Position numbers and translations under genes: made by a program
The notes under the pieces: generated by a model
What the model saw: only the letters and a program-made list of their open reading frames with translations
Databases searched by the model: none
Told to the model about the DNA's origin: nothing
Assembly (NCBI RefSeq): GCF_963921235.1
Contig: NC_086108.1
Coordinates: forward strand, 51,462,001-51,526,000
Direction of reading: 5' to 3'
DNA length: 64,000 nt
DNA from: Mobula hypostoma
Taxonomy: Eukaryota
Part shown: in pieces, positions 12,622-24,776 of the stretch
Position numbering within the stretch: position 1 is the stretch's first letter
Layout of the letters: each line of letters begins with the position of its first letter

Positions 12622-15600
12622 AACATGGAAACATAGAAGATAGGTGCAGGTGTAGGCCATTCGGCCCTTCGAGCCTGCACCGCCATTCAGTATGATCATG
12701 GCTGATCATCCAACTCAGAACCCTGTACCTGCTTTCCCTCCATACCCCCTGATTCCTTTAGCCACAAGGGCCATATCTAACTCCCTCTTAAATATAGCCA
12801 ATGAACTGGCCTCAACTGTTTCCTGTGGCAGAGAATTCCACAGATTCACCACTCTCTGTGTGAAGAAGTTTTTCCCCATCTCGGTCCTAAAAGGCTTCCC
12901 CTTTTGGATTTTATACGTTTCAATAAGATCCCCCCTCAATCTTCTAAATTCCAACGAGTATAAGCCTAGTTGATCCAGTCTTTCATCATATGAAACTCCT
13001 GCCATCCCAGGAGTCAATCTGGTGAACCTTCTTTGTACTCCCTCTATGGCAACAATGTCTTTCCTCAGATTAGGGGACCAAAACTGCACACAATACTCCA
13101 GGTGTGGTCTCACCAAGGCCTTGTACAACTGCAGTAGTACCTCCCTGTTCCTGTACTCGAATCCTCTTGCTATGAATGCCAGCATACCATTCGCCTTTTT
13201 CACCGCCTCCTGTACCTGCATGCCCACTTTCAATGACTGGTGTATAATGACACCCAGGTCTCGTTGCACCTCCCCTTTTCCTAATCGGCCACCATTCAGA
13301 TAATAATCTGTTTTCCTGTTTTTGCCACCAAAGTGGATAACCTCACATTTATCCACATTAAATTGCATCTGCCATGAATTTGCCCACTCACCTAACCTAT
13401 CCAAGTGACCCTGCATCCTCTTAGCATCCTCCTCACAGCTAACACTGCTGCCCAGCTTCGTGTCATCCGCAAACTTGGAGATGCTGCATTTAATTCCCTC
13501 ATCTAAGTCATTAATATATATTGTAAACAACTGGGGTCCCAGCACTGAGCCTTGCTGTACCCCACTAGTCACTGCCTGCCATTCTGAAAAGGTCCCATTT
13601 ATTCCCACTCTTTGCTTCCTGTCTGCCAACCAATTCTCTATCCACATTAATACCTTACCCCCAATACCGTGTGCTTTAAGTTTGCACACTAATCTCCTGT
13701 GTGGGACCTTGTCAAAAGCCTTTTGAAAATCCAAATATACCTCATCCACTGGTTCTCCCCTATCCACTCTACTAGTTACATCCTCAAAAAATTCTATGAG
13801 ATTCGTCAGACATGATTTTCCTTTCACAAATCCATGCTGGCTTTGTCCGATGATTTCACCGCTTTCCAAATGTGCTGTTATCACATCATTGATAACTGAC
13901 TCTAGCATTTTCTCCACCACCGATGTTAGGCTAACCGGTCTATAATTCCCCAGTTTCTCTCTCCCTCCTTTTTTGAAAAGTGGGGTTACATTAGCCACCC
14001 TCCAATCCTCAGGAACTAGTCCAGAATCGAAAGAGTTTTGAAAAACTATCACTAATGTATCCACTATTTCTTGAGCTACTTTCTTAAGCACTCTGGGATG
14101 CAGACCATCTGGCCCTGGGGATTTACCTGCCTTTAATCCCTTCAATTTACCTAACACCACTTCCCTACTAACATGTATTTCTCTCAGTTCCTCCATCTCA
14201 CTAGACCCTCTGTCCCCTACTATTTCTGGAAGATTATTTATGTCCTCCTTAGTGAAGACAGAACCAAAGTAGTTATTCAATTGGTCTGCCATGTCCTTGT
14301 TCCCCATAATCAATTCACCTGTTTCTATCTGTAGGGGACCTACATTTGTCTTAACCAATCTTTTTCTTTTCACTTATCTATAAAAGCTTTTACAGTCAGT
14401 TTTTATGTTCCCTGCTAGTTTTCTCTCATAATCTTGTTTCCCTTTCCTAATTAAGCCCTTTGTCTTCCTCTGCTGGACTCTGAATTTCTCCCAGTCCTCA
14501 GGTGAGCTGCTTTTTCTGGCTAATTTGTATGCTTCTCCTTTGGAATTGATACTATCCCTAATTTCCCTTGTCAGCCATGGGTGCACTACCTTCCTTGATT
14601 TATTCTTTTGTCAAACTGGGATGAACAATTGTTGTAGTTCATCCACGCGATCTTTAAATGCTTGCCATTGCATATCCACCGTCAACCCTTTAAGTATCAT
14701 TTGCCAGTCTATCTTAGCTAATTGACGTCTCATACCTTCAAAGTTACCCTTCTTTAAGTTCAGAACCATTGTTTCTGAATTAACTATGTCACTCTCCATC
14801 TTAATTAAGAATTCCACCATATTATGGTCACTCTTACCCAAGGGGCCTCTCACGACAAGATTGCTAATTAACCCTTCCTCGTTGCTCAATACCCAGTCTA
14901 GAATAGCCTGCTGTCTAGTTGGTTCCTCGACATGTTGGTTCAAAAAAACCTTCCCGCATACATTCCAAGAAGTCCTCTTCCTCATCACCCTTACCAATTT
15001 GGTTCACCCAATCTACATGTAGATTGAAGTCACCCATTATAACTGCTGTTCCTTTATTGCACGCATTTCTAATTTCCTGTTTAATGCCATCCCCAACTCA
15101 CTACTACTGTTTGGTGGCCTGTACACAACTCCCACCAGTGTTTTCTGCACCTTATTGTTATGCAGCTCTATCCATATCTATTCCACATCCTCCCGGCTAA
15201 TGTCCTTCCTTTCTATTGCGTTAATCTCCTCTCTAACCAGCAATGCTACCCCACCTCCTTTTCTTTCATGTCTATCCCTCCTGAATATTGAATATCCCTG
15301 AATGTTGAGTTCCCATCCTTGGTCACCCTGGAGCCATGTCTCTGTAATCCCAACTATATCATAATCATTAATAACAATCTGCACTTTTAATTCATCCACC
15401 TTGTTACAAATGCTCCTTGCATTGACACAAAAAGCCTTCAGGCTCGCTTTTACAACTCTCTTAGCCCTTATACAATTATGTTGAAAAGTGGCCCTTTTTG
15501 ATTTTTGCCCTGGATTTGCCGGCCTGCCACTTTTACTTTTCACCTTACTACTTTTTGCTTCTACCCTCATTTTACACCCTTCTGTCTCTCTGCACTTGTT

Positions 15601-16900
15601 CCCATCCCCCTGTTGTGAACTAACCTCCTCTCTCCTAGCCTGTTTAATTTGATTCCCACCCCCCAACCATTCTAGTTTAAAGTCACCTCAGCAGCCCTCG
15701 CAAATCTCCCTGCCAGGATATTGGTCCCCCCAAGGATTCAAGTGTAACCCGTCCTTTTCGTATAGGTCACACCTGCGCCAAAAGAGGTCCCAGTGATCCA
15801 AAAACTTGAATCCCTGCCCCCTGCTCCAATCCCTCAGCCACGCATTTATCCTCCACCTCATTGCATTCCTACTCTCACTGTCGCATAGCACAGGCAGTAA
15901 TCCCGAGATTATTACCTTTGTAGTCCTTTTTCTCAACTCCCTTCCTAACTCCCTATATTCTCCTTTCAGGACCTCTTCCCTTTTCCTACCTATGTCATTG
16001 GTACCTATATGTACCACGACCTCAGGCTCCTCACCCTCCCACTTCAGGATATCTTGGACGTGATCAGAAATATCCCGGACCCTGGCACCAGGGAGGCAAA
16101 CTACCATCCGGGTCTCTGGACTGCATCCACAGAATCGCCTATCTGACCCCCTTACTATCGATTCCCCTATTACTACTGCCCTCCTCTTCCTTTCCCTACC
16201 CTTCTGAGCTGCAGGGCCGGACTCTGTGCCGGAGGCACGGCCACTGTCGCTTCCCCCAGGTAAGCTGTCCCCCCCACAACAGTACTCAAACAGGAGTACC
16301 TATTGTCAACGGGCACAGCCACTGGGGTACTCTCTATTACCTGACTCTTCCCCTTCCCCCTCCTAACCGTGACCCACTTGTCTGCCTCCCATGGCCCCGG
16401 TGTGACCACCTGCCTGTAATTCCTCTCTATCAACTCCTCACTCTCCCTGACCAGACAAAGGTCATCGAGCTGCAGCTCCAGTTCCCTAACGCGGTCCCTT
16501 AGGAGCTGCATCTCGACGCACCTGGCGCAGATGTGGACGTCCGGGAGGCTTGGAGATTCCAGGGCCTCCCACATCCGGCACCGAGAACAACAAGCTGCCC
16601 TCACACTCATACTGCCCCTCTCCTCAAATAACAACAAAAAATGAATACCAAACCTTCCTCGCCTCGCCCATTTCCACCTGAGCCTGTTGAGCCGAAGCCC
16701 TTAAGCCTTCACTCTGCTCCCGGCTCATTCCGCTGCCCGCTGTATAAGGCTCTGTTCCTTTTAAATCTCTATGCTTCACTGCCTGACTTCACATGCCTGT
16801 GCAGTCCCGCCTCTCTGAACGCCGATGGAAAAAAAAACCGAAAAATTCAAAAATGGCTTCCTCCGCACTCCCACTCCAATTCTCAGACTTCCTTCTCCGA
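12622..16900 (-). mobile_element. Near full-length CR1 LINE (ORF1 zinc finger/leucine zipper + SGNH esterase; ORF2 APE + RT)
   Basis: ORF1 pieces at 16173-16637 (CSRC..CARC, coiled coil) and 15688-16107 (HIGTND, DGLHLN). APE pieces at 15178-15666 and 14611-14997 (GKSDHN). CR1 3' hairpin and tail at 12622-12715. Confidence 0.93.
12715..14373 (-). CDS. CR1 ORF2 reverse transcriptase portion (552 aa open; upstream APE frameshifted)
   Basis: Motifs SPGPDG, YRPVSLTS, LDFQKAFDKV, QGSVLGP and FADDT. Confidence 0.9.
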   Translation of the reverse strand: MKRKRLVKTNVGPLQIETGELIMGNKDMADQLNNYFGSVFTKEDINNLPEIVGDRGSSEMEELREIHVSREVVLGKLKGLKAGKSPGPDGLHPRVLKKVAQEIVDTLVIVFQNSFDSGLVPEDWRVANVTPLFKKGGREKLGNYRPVSLTSVVEKMLESVINDVITAHLESGEIIGQSQHGFVKGKSCLTNLIEFFEDVTSRVDRGEPVDEVYLDFQKAFDKVPHRRLVCKLKAHGIGGKVLMWIENWLADRKQRVGINGTFSEWQAVTSGVQQGSVLGPQLFTIYINDLDEGIKCSISKFADDTKLGSSVSCEEDAKRMQGHLDRLGEWANSWQMQFNVDKCEVIHFGGKNRKTDYYLNGGRLGKGEVQRDLGVIIHQSLKVGMQVQEAVKKANGMLAFIARGFEYRNREVLLQLYKALVRPHLEYCVQFWSPNLRKDIVAIEGVQRRFTRLTPGMAGVSYDERLDQLGLYSLEFRRLRGDLIETYKIQKGKPFRTEMGKNFFTQRVVNLWNSLPQETVEASSLAIFKRELDMALVAKGIRGYGGKAGTGF

Positions 16901-16904
16901 ATAT

Positions 16905-17375
16905 TGTCAAACATATTGTCAACCAGATCATTGATATAGATGACTAACAACAATAGATCCAGCACCGATTGGCATACCACTGGTCACAGGCCTCCAGTCA
17001 GAGAGGCAACCCTCCACTACCACTCTCTCACTTCTCCCACAAAGCCAATGTCTAATCCAATTTACTACCTCATTGTGAATGCTGAGCAACTATCCTTCTT
17101 GTCCAGCCTCCCATGTGGGACCTTGTCAAATGCCTTACTAAAGTTTATGCAGCCAATATTCACTGCCTTGTTTTCATCCACTTTCCTGGTAACTTCTTCG
17201 AAAAACTCTATAAAATTGGTTAGACATGACTGACCACGCACAAAGCCATGTTGACTATCCTTAATCAGTCCATGTCTATCCAAATACTTATATATCTGGT
17301 CCCTTGGAATACCTTCCAATAGCTTTCTCACAACTGATGTCAGACTCACTGGCCTGTAATTTCCTGGTTTCTGTT
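16905..17375 (-). mobile_element. Older CR1 RT fragment (5' part of 11740-12621)
   Basis: SLTSVVRKLLE..QHGFV..FSKAFDKVPH on the minus strand. Confidence 0.75.
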
Positions 17376-17859
17376 ATTGGCAGGATGCTTGAGTTAATGA
17401 TAAGAGTAAATAATAAATGATTTTGGAATGTTGAATTTAATCACTTAGTTAACATGGTTACTCATATTTCACATTTTTTCTCAAATTGTTTGGTGAGATG
17501 ACACACAAAGTTGATAGAAGGGAATCTGTTTATGTAGAGTATTTAAAATTTTAAAGGTATTTAACAAGATGCCGCCTAAGAGGCTAATGCATAAACTGAG
17601 CCCAAGAAAGAATGGATTGAAAATTGACTTGAAAAACACTGGAAAACCAGAGTTGAAATAAACAGAGAGCCTCTTTAGACCAGAGGAATGTAACTAGTAG
17701 AATAGGCCACAGGGGTCACTTCTTAGCCCTCAGTTATTTCCTATTTCCATTAATGATCTGCAAAAAAAGCATATTGATTCATTGAGTGATTGGGTTAAAA
17801 CCTGGCAAATAAAAAAGTCTGAGATAGCGCAGTCTGGCAGGAGGGTGAGTTTAAACTAG

Positions 17860-19550
17860 TCAGTCAGGGAGTTGCTCTGCACTGACCTTATAGTCATCAA
17901 GTTCACTCTACCTGGTGGACACTGAAGCAAAGTATTCATTAAGACTTTCCCAATCTCCTCTGCCTCCAGGCATGTTTCCCCCTTTACGCCTGTGTGGTCC
18001 TACACTCACTCTAGTTATCCTCCTGTTCTTCACATATAAGTAGAGGGCCTTGGGGATTTCCTTAATCCTACTCAGCAAAGCCTTCTCATGTCCCCTTCAA
18101 GCTCTCCTAAGTCTCTTCTTAAGCTCCTTTGGGACTACCTTATAATTCTTAAGGGCCCTGCCTCAATTTGTTTTCTAAATATTAAGCATGTTTCTTTCTT
18201 CTTCTTGAGAAAATGGGCCACTTCTTTTGCTAACCTTTACCATTTTTTCCCTGTCCAGAACATCCTGCAAGTGATCCATAAACAATCTCCACATTTCTGC
18301 TTTATAGTTCCCTGAGAACATCTGCTCTAGTTCTATCTTTAATATCTCTATTTTTCCCTTCCAGGGTTCTTTTGAAGACCCTGACCTGGAGATACACGCT
18401 GACTTCAGTTCTTAGTGAAAATGGGACCCCTCCCAGGGTCTCACGACTGGCCACTATTTGATATACGAAGGATGCGGCCTAGAAGACTGGCGCACCTTCG
18501 TGGTTATGGGATTCCGTGGCTCTGCAGGCGGGCAGGCTCCAGGTCGGTGCCTCCGCAGGAACCTGGTGTGTTGTGGGAGTACATGGAAGATCGAAAGCAA
18601 CTAACTGGCTGCTGGCTGTGTGCCCAGAGACCCGAGTTCTTTTTGCACAGAGCTTGAAAAAAACGACGCAACAGATTTTTAACACTGTAAATCAGCAAAT
18701 TGTTTTGTTATGTCTCCATTCTCGCTGTGAAATGGGGACACCTCTTTTTCCCTTATTAGGGAGAGAGAGAGCCTGTGTAATGTCGAATTACCGGGTGAAT
18801 GAGTAGTCTTTGGGGTATTGCAAGTGTGTGTCTTTATTGATGCTTTGCTGCATGCTTGAGTACCCAGTGGGGTGGCGCCAATGCTTTTTTGTTGGTGGGG
18901 GAGGGGGGATAATTGCTTTGATGCCACTTATGCGTGGGAGGGGGAGCTGGGGGAGACTTTGGGTTTCTAACGTTTAACTGTCATTCATTCTTTGGGGCAC
19001 TCCTCTGTTTTCGTGGATGATTGTGAAGAAAAAGAATTTCAGGATGTATATTGTATACATTTCTCTGACATTTAATGTACCATTGAACCAATTTATACTC
19101 CCAAGTTCCTGCCTAATACCATCATAATTAGTCATCCCCCAATTAAATTCTTTCCCATAGCATCTGCTCTTATCCTTGCCCACAGCCAAGGTTTGGAGCA
19201 AGGAAATGTCAGGGAGTTATAGTCACTATCTCTGAAAAGCTTGCCTACTGAGAGGTCTGTCAACTGACCAGGTTCATTGCCTAGTATGAGATCCAGTATG
19301 TCCTCTCCTCGTCAACTAGCAAATTCTGTCCCTTTTGAGTTCAAGTGTAAATTGTTCCTTCTGTGCTTTCTCTAGAAAAGATCCCAATGATCCATAAATC
19401 TGAAACCCTGCCGGCTGCATGAACTCTTAATCCATGCTTTTGTTGTGAATTTTCCTATTCTTACCCTCACTGGTACGTGGCACAGGCAGTTGAAGTCCTG
19501 ATTTTTAGACTCCTTCCTATCTCCTTACATTCATTCTTCAGAACCTCACC
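17860..19550 (-). mobile_element. Degenerate CR1 fragment interrupted by a ~730-bp non-coding retroelement (~18362-19090)
   Basis: CR1 APE-like sequence on both sides. The insert ends in a Rex-type tail gtattgtatacatttctctgacatttaatgtacc. Confidence 0.55.
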
Positions 19551-19852
19551 CCTTGCTATGTGGATTAGAGGTCATATGCTATAACAGGACAGTGGACAAA
19601 CTTAGCTTGTTTTCCTTGGAGCAGCAGAGACTGAGAAGAGATGAGTATCTTGTCAGATTATAAGAGGGATAGTCAGAGTAGGCAGCCAGTATCTCTTTCC
19701 CACAGTTGAAATGTCCAATATTAGAGGGTACGTATTTAAGGTGAGAGGGGATAAGATATGTAGGGCAAATTTTGTTTTATACAGAGAATGCTGGATGCCT
19801 GAAATGCATTCTCAGGTGTGGTAGTGATGGTAAATAGAATTAAGGCTCTAAG

Positions 19853-20323
19853 TGTGAAGATATTTGCTTCCTGGTTCTTGGTTGTTTGCTGATCTCAGCT
19901 TTCTAAATGCAGCATCTGCCACTTGGAGATGAAAAACAGGTGTAAGTAAACTTCCAACTAACAGTTTGTTTAGTTTCTGATTGTAAAAGGAAATCAGTTT
20001 TCTGTTCTTAAAGTGTAAATGGAATCAGTTTGAATTTAAAACAAACTATTGTCTATGGAGCAGCTTAACAGATGGTCTGTCTGTAAAATCAGATGCTAGC
20101 TCACTACACCTGCGTTATTGTTTCTCAGATGCAGTCTTAAGACATTGGGTTGCTTAATTTGAGCTGTTTAAAACAGACAAACTGACTCTTAAGTTGATTA
20201 TTTTAAGGAAGCTTGCAGAACAGATGGATAATATTATTTAGCACATCAATAACTAATATGTTTTGCAAGTTGAAGTTTTATGTACTAAGTTAACTTTACA
20301 GCAATAAATGTGAACTGTGAACA
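19853..20323 (+). mobile_element. Solo LTR (Gypsy/BEL-type) inserted in a CR1 3' end
   Basis: TG...CA termini (tgtgaag / gtgaaca), AATAAA at 20303, 5-bp TSD ctaag/ttaag (4 of 5 match), CR1-like sequence on both flanks. Confidence 0.55.
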
Positions 20324-20820
20324 TTAAGATGAGATCTATGTCTTCAAGATGCTTTTAAACTATTTGTATTGAAACCATATCTGAGGAAATATCATAAGCG
20401 TGCAAAATCACCCAAGTGGGAAGAAAGGGATAAAAATGTAGAGAGCAGTTCAGGCTTATTAGGAATGGGGTAAAGAACACTTGGAAACCCAGAAAAAACA
20501 CAGAGTGAACTAGAATCTATTCCTCTTGCTTTGGATTCTGTAATAGATGATCCATTTGTCTTTTTTGTAGTACACCTTTTTAGTTTATAAGAATTGTATC
20601 TGCCCTTTGTCCCTTATGTTTTATAAATGCTTTGTGCTTTATGTGAAAGAATTGCTTTATGTTTCAGAAATCAGAATCAGAATCAGGTTTAATATCACTG
20701 GCATGTCATGAAATCTGTTAACTTTCTGGCAGCAGTGCAATAAAATACATAACAAATAAATATAGAGAAAAAACAATTACAATAAGCATATATATGTCTA
20801 TTAAATAGTTAAGTTGAAAT

Positions 20821-21680
20821 CGGGACCCTTCAAAAAGATGAGAAGTCAGAATAAGAAGGTGAGGAGGGGAGGAAGAAATACAAGGTTGTAGGTGATAGGA
20901 GAAGCCAGAAGGAGGGAGGGGTGAAGTGAAGAGCTGGGAAGTGCATTGGTGAAAGAGATACAGGGCTGGAGAAGGAGGAATCTGATAGGAGAGGACAGAA
21001 GGCCATGGAAGAAAGGGAAAGGGGGAGGAGCACCAGAGGGAGGTGATAGGCAGCTACAGAGATAAGGTGAGAGAGGGAAATGGGAATGGGGAATGGTGAA
21101 GGGGGGGTGGCATTACCAGAAGTTCGAGCAATCAGTCTTCAAGCCATCAGGTTGGAGGCTATGCAGACTGAATGTAACGTGTTGTGCCTCCAACCTGAGT
21201 GTGGCCTCTTTGAAGAATTAGAGGAGGCATGGACTGACATGTCGTAAAGCCAATGGGAAGTAGAATTAAAATGGCTACTCTGCTTCATCGTTCCCCATTC
21301 CCATTTCCCTCTCTCATCTTATCTCTCTACCTGCCCATCACCTCCCTCTGGTGCTCCTCACCCTTTCCCTTTCTTCCATGGCCTTCTGTCCTCTCCTATC
21401 GGATTCCCCCTTCTCCAGCCCTTTATCTCTTTCACCAACCGACTTCCTGCGTCTTTACCTCACCCCTCCCCTCGCCCAATTTCTCCTGTCACCTACTACC
21501 TTGTATTTCTTCCTCCCCTCCCCTCCCCTCCCCTCACCTTCTTACTCCGACTTCTCATCTTTTTGAAGGGTCCTGATGAAGTGTCTCGGCCTGAAACTCC
21601 GACTGTTTACTCTTTTCCATAGATGCCACCTGGCCTGCTGAGTTCCTCCAGCATTTTATGTGTGTTGCAAATTTTCTCTT
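20821..21680. mobile_element. Penelope-like element with inverted structure (minus 20821-21276, plus 21277-21680)
   Basis: The two halves are reverse complements (ORFs 20830-21033 and 21351-21566 nearly identical). Hammerhead motif cctgatgaagtgtctcggcctgaaac at about 21572. Confidence 0.8.
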
Positions 21681-21684
21681 GTTT

Positions 21685-22525
21685 GATAAGTACTGCCTCT
21701 AATTATGTCAGGAATGCAGTAGAAATAGATCTTCCCATCTGGTCAGCTACCAGCTGGAGAACACACAGAGGTAAACTGCTTCCACATTTGTCCACATGGA
21801 AAAAATAGTAAAGAATTATTATTGACTAGGTTATTAGTACAGGTGTTATACATCCCAGGAGATAACAGAAATAAACTAGCTGACAAACTAAATAATAAAC
21901 AAGCAAAACAAGCTGTTAGGATGGACCTTACCTTAGTAAGGGATGCCATGGTTTTGGCAGTAACTAAGTAACAAATAATGATGATGTATTCAGGATGATG
22001 TTTGAAGAATTCCCCTAGATACTAAAGAAACTAGTTCTAAAGGTCTTCTAATATGGTACAAATATGACGCTGATGGCAAAGGTAAGGTTTGATTATGCCA
22101 CCTTAAAATAATAAGAAGCAAATACAGCAACACTCACAACACGCTGGAGGAACTCAGCAGGACGGGCAGCATCCGTGGAAACGATGAGTCGATGTTTCGG
22201 GCCGGAACCCTTCGTCAGGACCAGCCCGAAATGTCAACTCATCGTTTCCACGGACACTGCCCAACCTGCTGAGTTCCTCCAGCGTGTTGTGAGTGTTGCT
22301 TTGACCCCAGCATCTGCAGAGTATTTTGTGCTTAAGAAGCAAATACACCCCGCCCCAGGTGGGAAGCACCGATTCAAGAAACCCACCAATGATTTGGATA
22401 CATTCATAGTGGCAGACAAACCACTGATGCAATATTAGCCATATTATACCAGTAGTCTTACATGTTGAGTGCTTGTAAGCAATTTGTTGTAAATAGTTCC
22501 ATTACTATAGGCCAGACAATTGTTT
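21685..22525 (+). pseudogene. pol: Foamy-like endogenous retrovirus pol remnant: RNase H and integrase N-terminal/HHCC domain
   Basis: TASNYVRNAVEIDLPIWSATSWRTHRGKLLPHLSTWKK, ..YIPGDNRNKLADKLNNKQAKQA, KGLLIWYKYDADGKGKV and THQ*FGYIHSGRQTTDAILAILYQ*SYM are colinear with recalled prototype foamy virus Pol. Confidence 0.75.
22127..22332. mobile_element. Hairpin-shaped mini Penelope insertion
   Basis: Inverted-repeat arms and a 15-bp TSD taagaagcaaataca at 22112-22126 and 22333-22347. Confidence 0.85.
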
Positions 22526-22680
22526 ACGTATATCCTGTGCAAAGAGCAATGATCACAGTTGTATACTTACTAAGTTTCCAATAAGGTGGGCTGCCATTGG
22601 ATGCCAGAAATAGGCCTATATAATCAATTTGCCACACCTGCATTGTTGCAGTTGTTTTTGTTTGTCTTGTAGGAGGTGGT
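22524..22680 (-). pseudogene. Inverted integrase catalytic-core fragment of the foamy-like ERV
   Basis: Minus strand QVWQIDYIGLFLAS..YTTVIIALCTGYT, compared with recalled foamy FFIDYIGPLPPS..VLVVVDGMTGFT. Confidence 0.7.
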
Positions 22681-23172
22681 CTTGATGAAGATGATGGCGT
22701 TGTCATCGAAACGTCAGTTATAATTGATACCTGTACCTGGCTGGAAGCCCAAGGAAAGTTCATTCATCATATACACCTGGAAAGCACTAAATTTTTTTTC
22801 AAAATGCCAGAAGTTTTTTCAGATATATAAAGAGTAAAAGAGAGAAGAGGGTAGATAGTGGACGTGATGCTGGAGGGGTAGTAATGGGGGGACAAAGAAA
22901 TGGCAGGTGAACTGAATAAGTTGTTTACAGCTGTCTTCACCGTGGAAAACACTAGCAGTACAATAGATGTTCGAGAATGTCAGGGGGCAGATGTGAGTGC
23001 CATTGCCATTTCAAGGGAGAAGGTGCTTGGGAAGCTGAAAAGTCTGAAGGTAGATAAGTCACTTGGACCAGATGGACTACACCCCAGGGTTCTGAAAGAA
23101 GTATAGCTGCAGAGATTGTGGAGGCATTAGTAATAATCTTTCAAGAATCACTAAATTTTAGATTTAGATTTA

Positions 23173-24774
23173 CAAACCCCATTTCCAGAAAAGTTGGGAT
23201 ATTTTCCAAAATGCAATAAAAACAAAAATCTGTGATATGTTAATTCACGTGAACCTTTATTTAACTGACAAAAGTACAAAGAAAAGATTTTCAATAGTTT
23301 TACTGACCAACTTAATTGTATTTTGTAAACATACACAAATTTAGAATTTGATGGCTGCAACACACTCAACAAAAGTTGGGACAGAGCTAAAATAAGATTG
23401 AAAAGTGCACAGAATATTCAAGTAACACCAGTTTGGAAGACTCCACATTAAGCAGGCTAATTGGTAGCAGGTGATTTATCATGACTGGGTATAAAAGTAG
23501 CGTCCATCAAAGGCTCAGTCTTTGCAAGCAAGGATGGGTCGTGGCTCACCCCTTTGTGCCAAAATTCGTGAGAGAATTGTTAGTCAGTTCAAAAGGAACA
23601 TTTCTCAACGCAAGATTGCAGAGAATTTAGGTCTTTCAACATTTACAGTACATAATATTGTGAAAAGATTCAGAGAATTCAGAGACATCTCAGTGCATAA
23701 AGGGCAAGGTCGGAAACCACTGTTGAATGCGCGTGATCTTCGAGCCTTCAGGCGGCACTGCCTAAGAAACCGTCATGCTACTGTGTCAATTATAGCCACC
23801 TGGGCTCGGGAGTACTTCGGAAAACCATCATCACTCAACACAGTCCATCGCTGCATCCAGAAAAGCAACTTGAAACCGTCTTATGCAAGGAGGAAGCCAT
23901 ACATCAACTCTATACAGAAACGCTGGCGAGTTCTCTGGGCCCAAGCTCATCTCAGATGGACCGAAAGACTGTGGAACCGTGTGCTGTGGTCAGATGAGTC
24001 CATATTTCAGCTAGTTTTTGGAAAAAATGGGCGTCGAGTTCTCCATGCCAAAGATGAAAACAACCATCCAGATTGTTATCAGCGAAAGGTGCAAAAGCCA
24101 GCATCTGTGATGGTATGGGGGTACATCAGTGCCCACGGCATGGGTGAGTTGCATGTATGTGAAGGTACCATTGACTCTGAGGTGTATATTAGGATTTTAG
24201 AGAGACATATGTTGCCATCAAGGCGACGTCTCTTCCCAGGACGTCCATGCTTATTTCAGCAGGACAATGCCAGACCGCATTCTGCATGGGCTACAACAGC
24301 GTGGCTTTGTAGGCACAGAGTGCGTGTGCTTGACTGGCCTGCTGCCAGTCCAGATCTATCTCCTATTGAAAATGTATGGCGCATCATGAAGAGGACAATC
24401 AGACAACGGAGACCACGGACTGTTGAGCAGTTGAAGTCTTATATCAAGCAAGAATGGACAAAATTTCCAATTACAAATCTACTACAATTAGTATCCTCAG
24501 TTCCAATACGATTAAAAAGTATTATTAAAAGGAAAGATGATGTAACACAATGGTAAACATGCCTCTGTCCCAACTTTTGTTGAGTGTGTTGCAGCCATCA
24601 AATTCTAAATTTGTGTATGTTTACAAAATACAATTAAGTTGGTCAGTAAAACTATTGAAAATCTTTTCTTTGTACTTTTGTCAGTTAAATAAAGGTTCAC
24701 GTGAATTAACATCACAGATTTTTGTTTTTATTGCATTTTGGAAAATATCCCAACTTTTCTGGAAACAGGGTTTG
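23173..24774 (+). mobile_element. Complete Tc1-family transposon (1602 bp)
   Basis: TA TSDs at 23171-72 and 24775-76. Near-identical TIRs of about 213 bp (23173-23386 and 24563-24774) with internal direct repeats aaaagttggga. Confidence 0.97.
23534..24556 (+). CDS. Tc1 transposase, intact, 340 aa, DD34E
   Basis: ATG at 23534, HTH region, GRK motif, WSDES / QQDNARPH / SPDLSPIENVW with 34 residues between the second D and E. No stops. Confidence 0.93.
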   Translation: MGRGSPLCAKIRERIVSQFKRNISQRKIAENLGLSTFTVHNIVKRFREFRDISVHKGQGRKPLLNARDLRAFRRHCLRNRHATVSIIATWAREYFGKPSSLNTVHRCIQKSNLKPSYARRKPYINSIQKRWRVLWAQAHLRWTERLWNRVLWSDESIFQLVFGKNGRRVLHAKDENNHPDCYQRKVQKPASVMVWGYISAHGMGELHVCEGTIDSEVYIRILERHMLPSRRRLFPGRPCLFQQDNARPHSAWATTAWLCRHRVRVLDWPAASPDLSPIENVWRIMKRTIRQRRPRTVEQLKSYIKQEWTKFPITNLLQLVSSVPIRLKSIIKRKDDVTQW

Positions 24775-24776
24775 TA

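Noticed and set aside
19929..19948. ATG followed by a donor-like gtaagt as a first exon
   Set aside because: Lies inside a probable solo LTR and has no downstream exon support.
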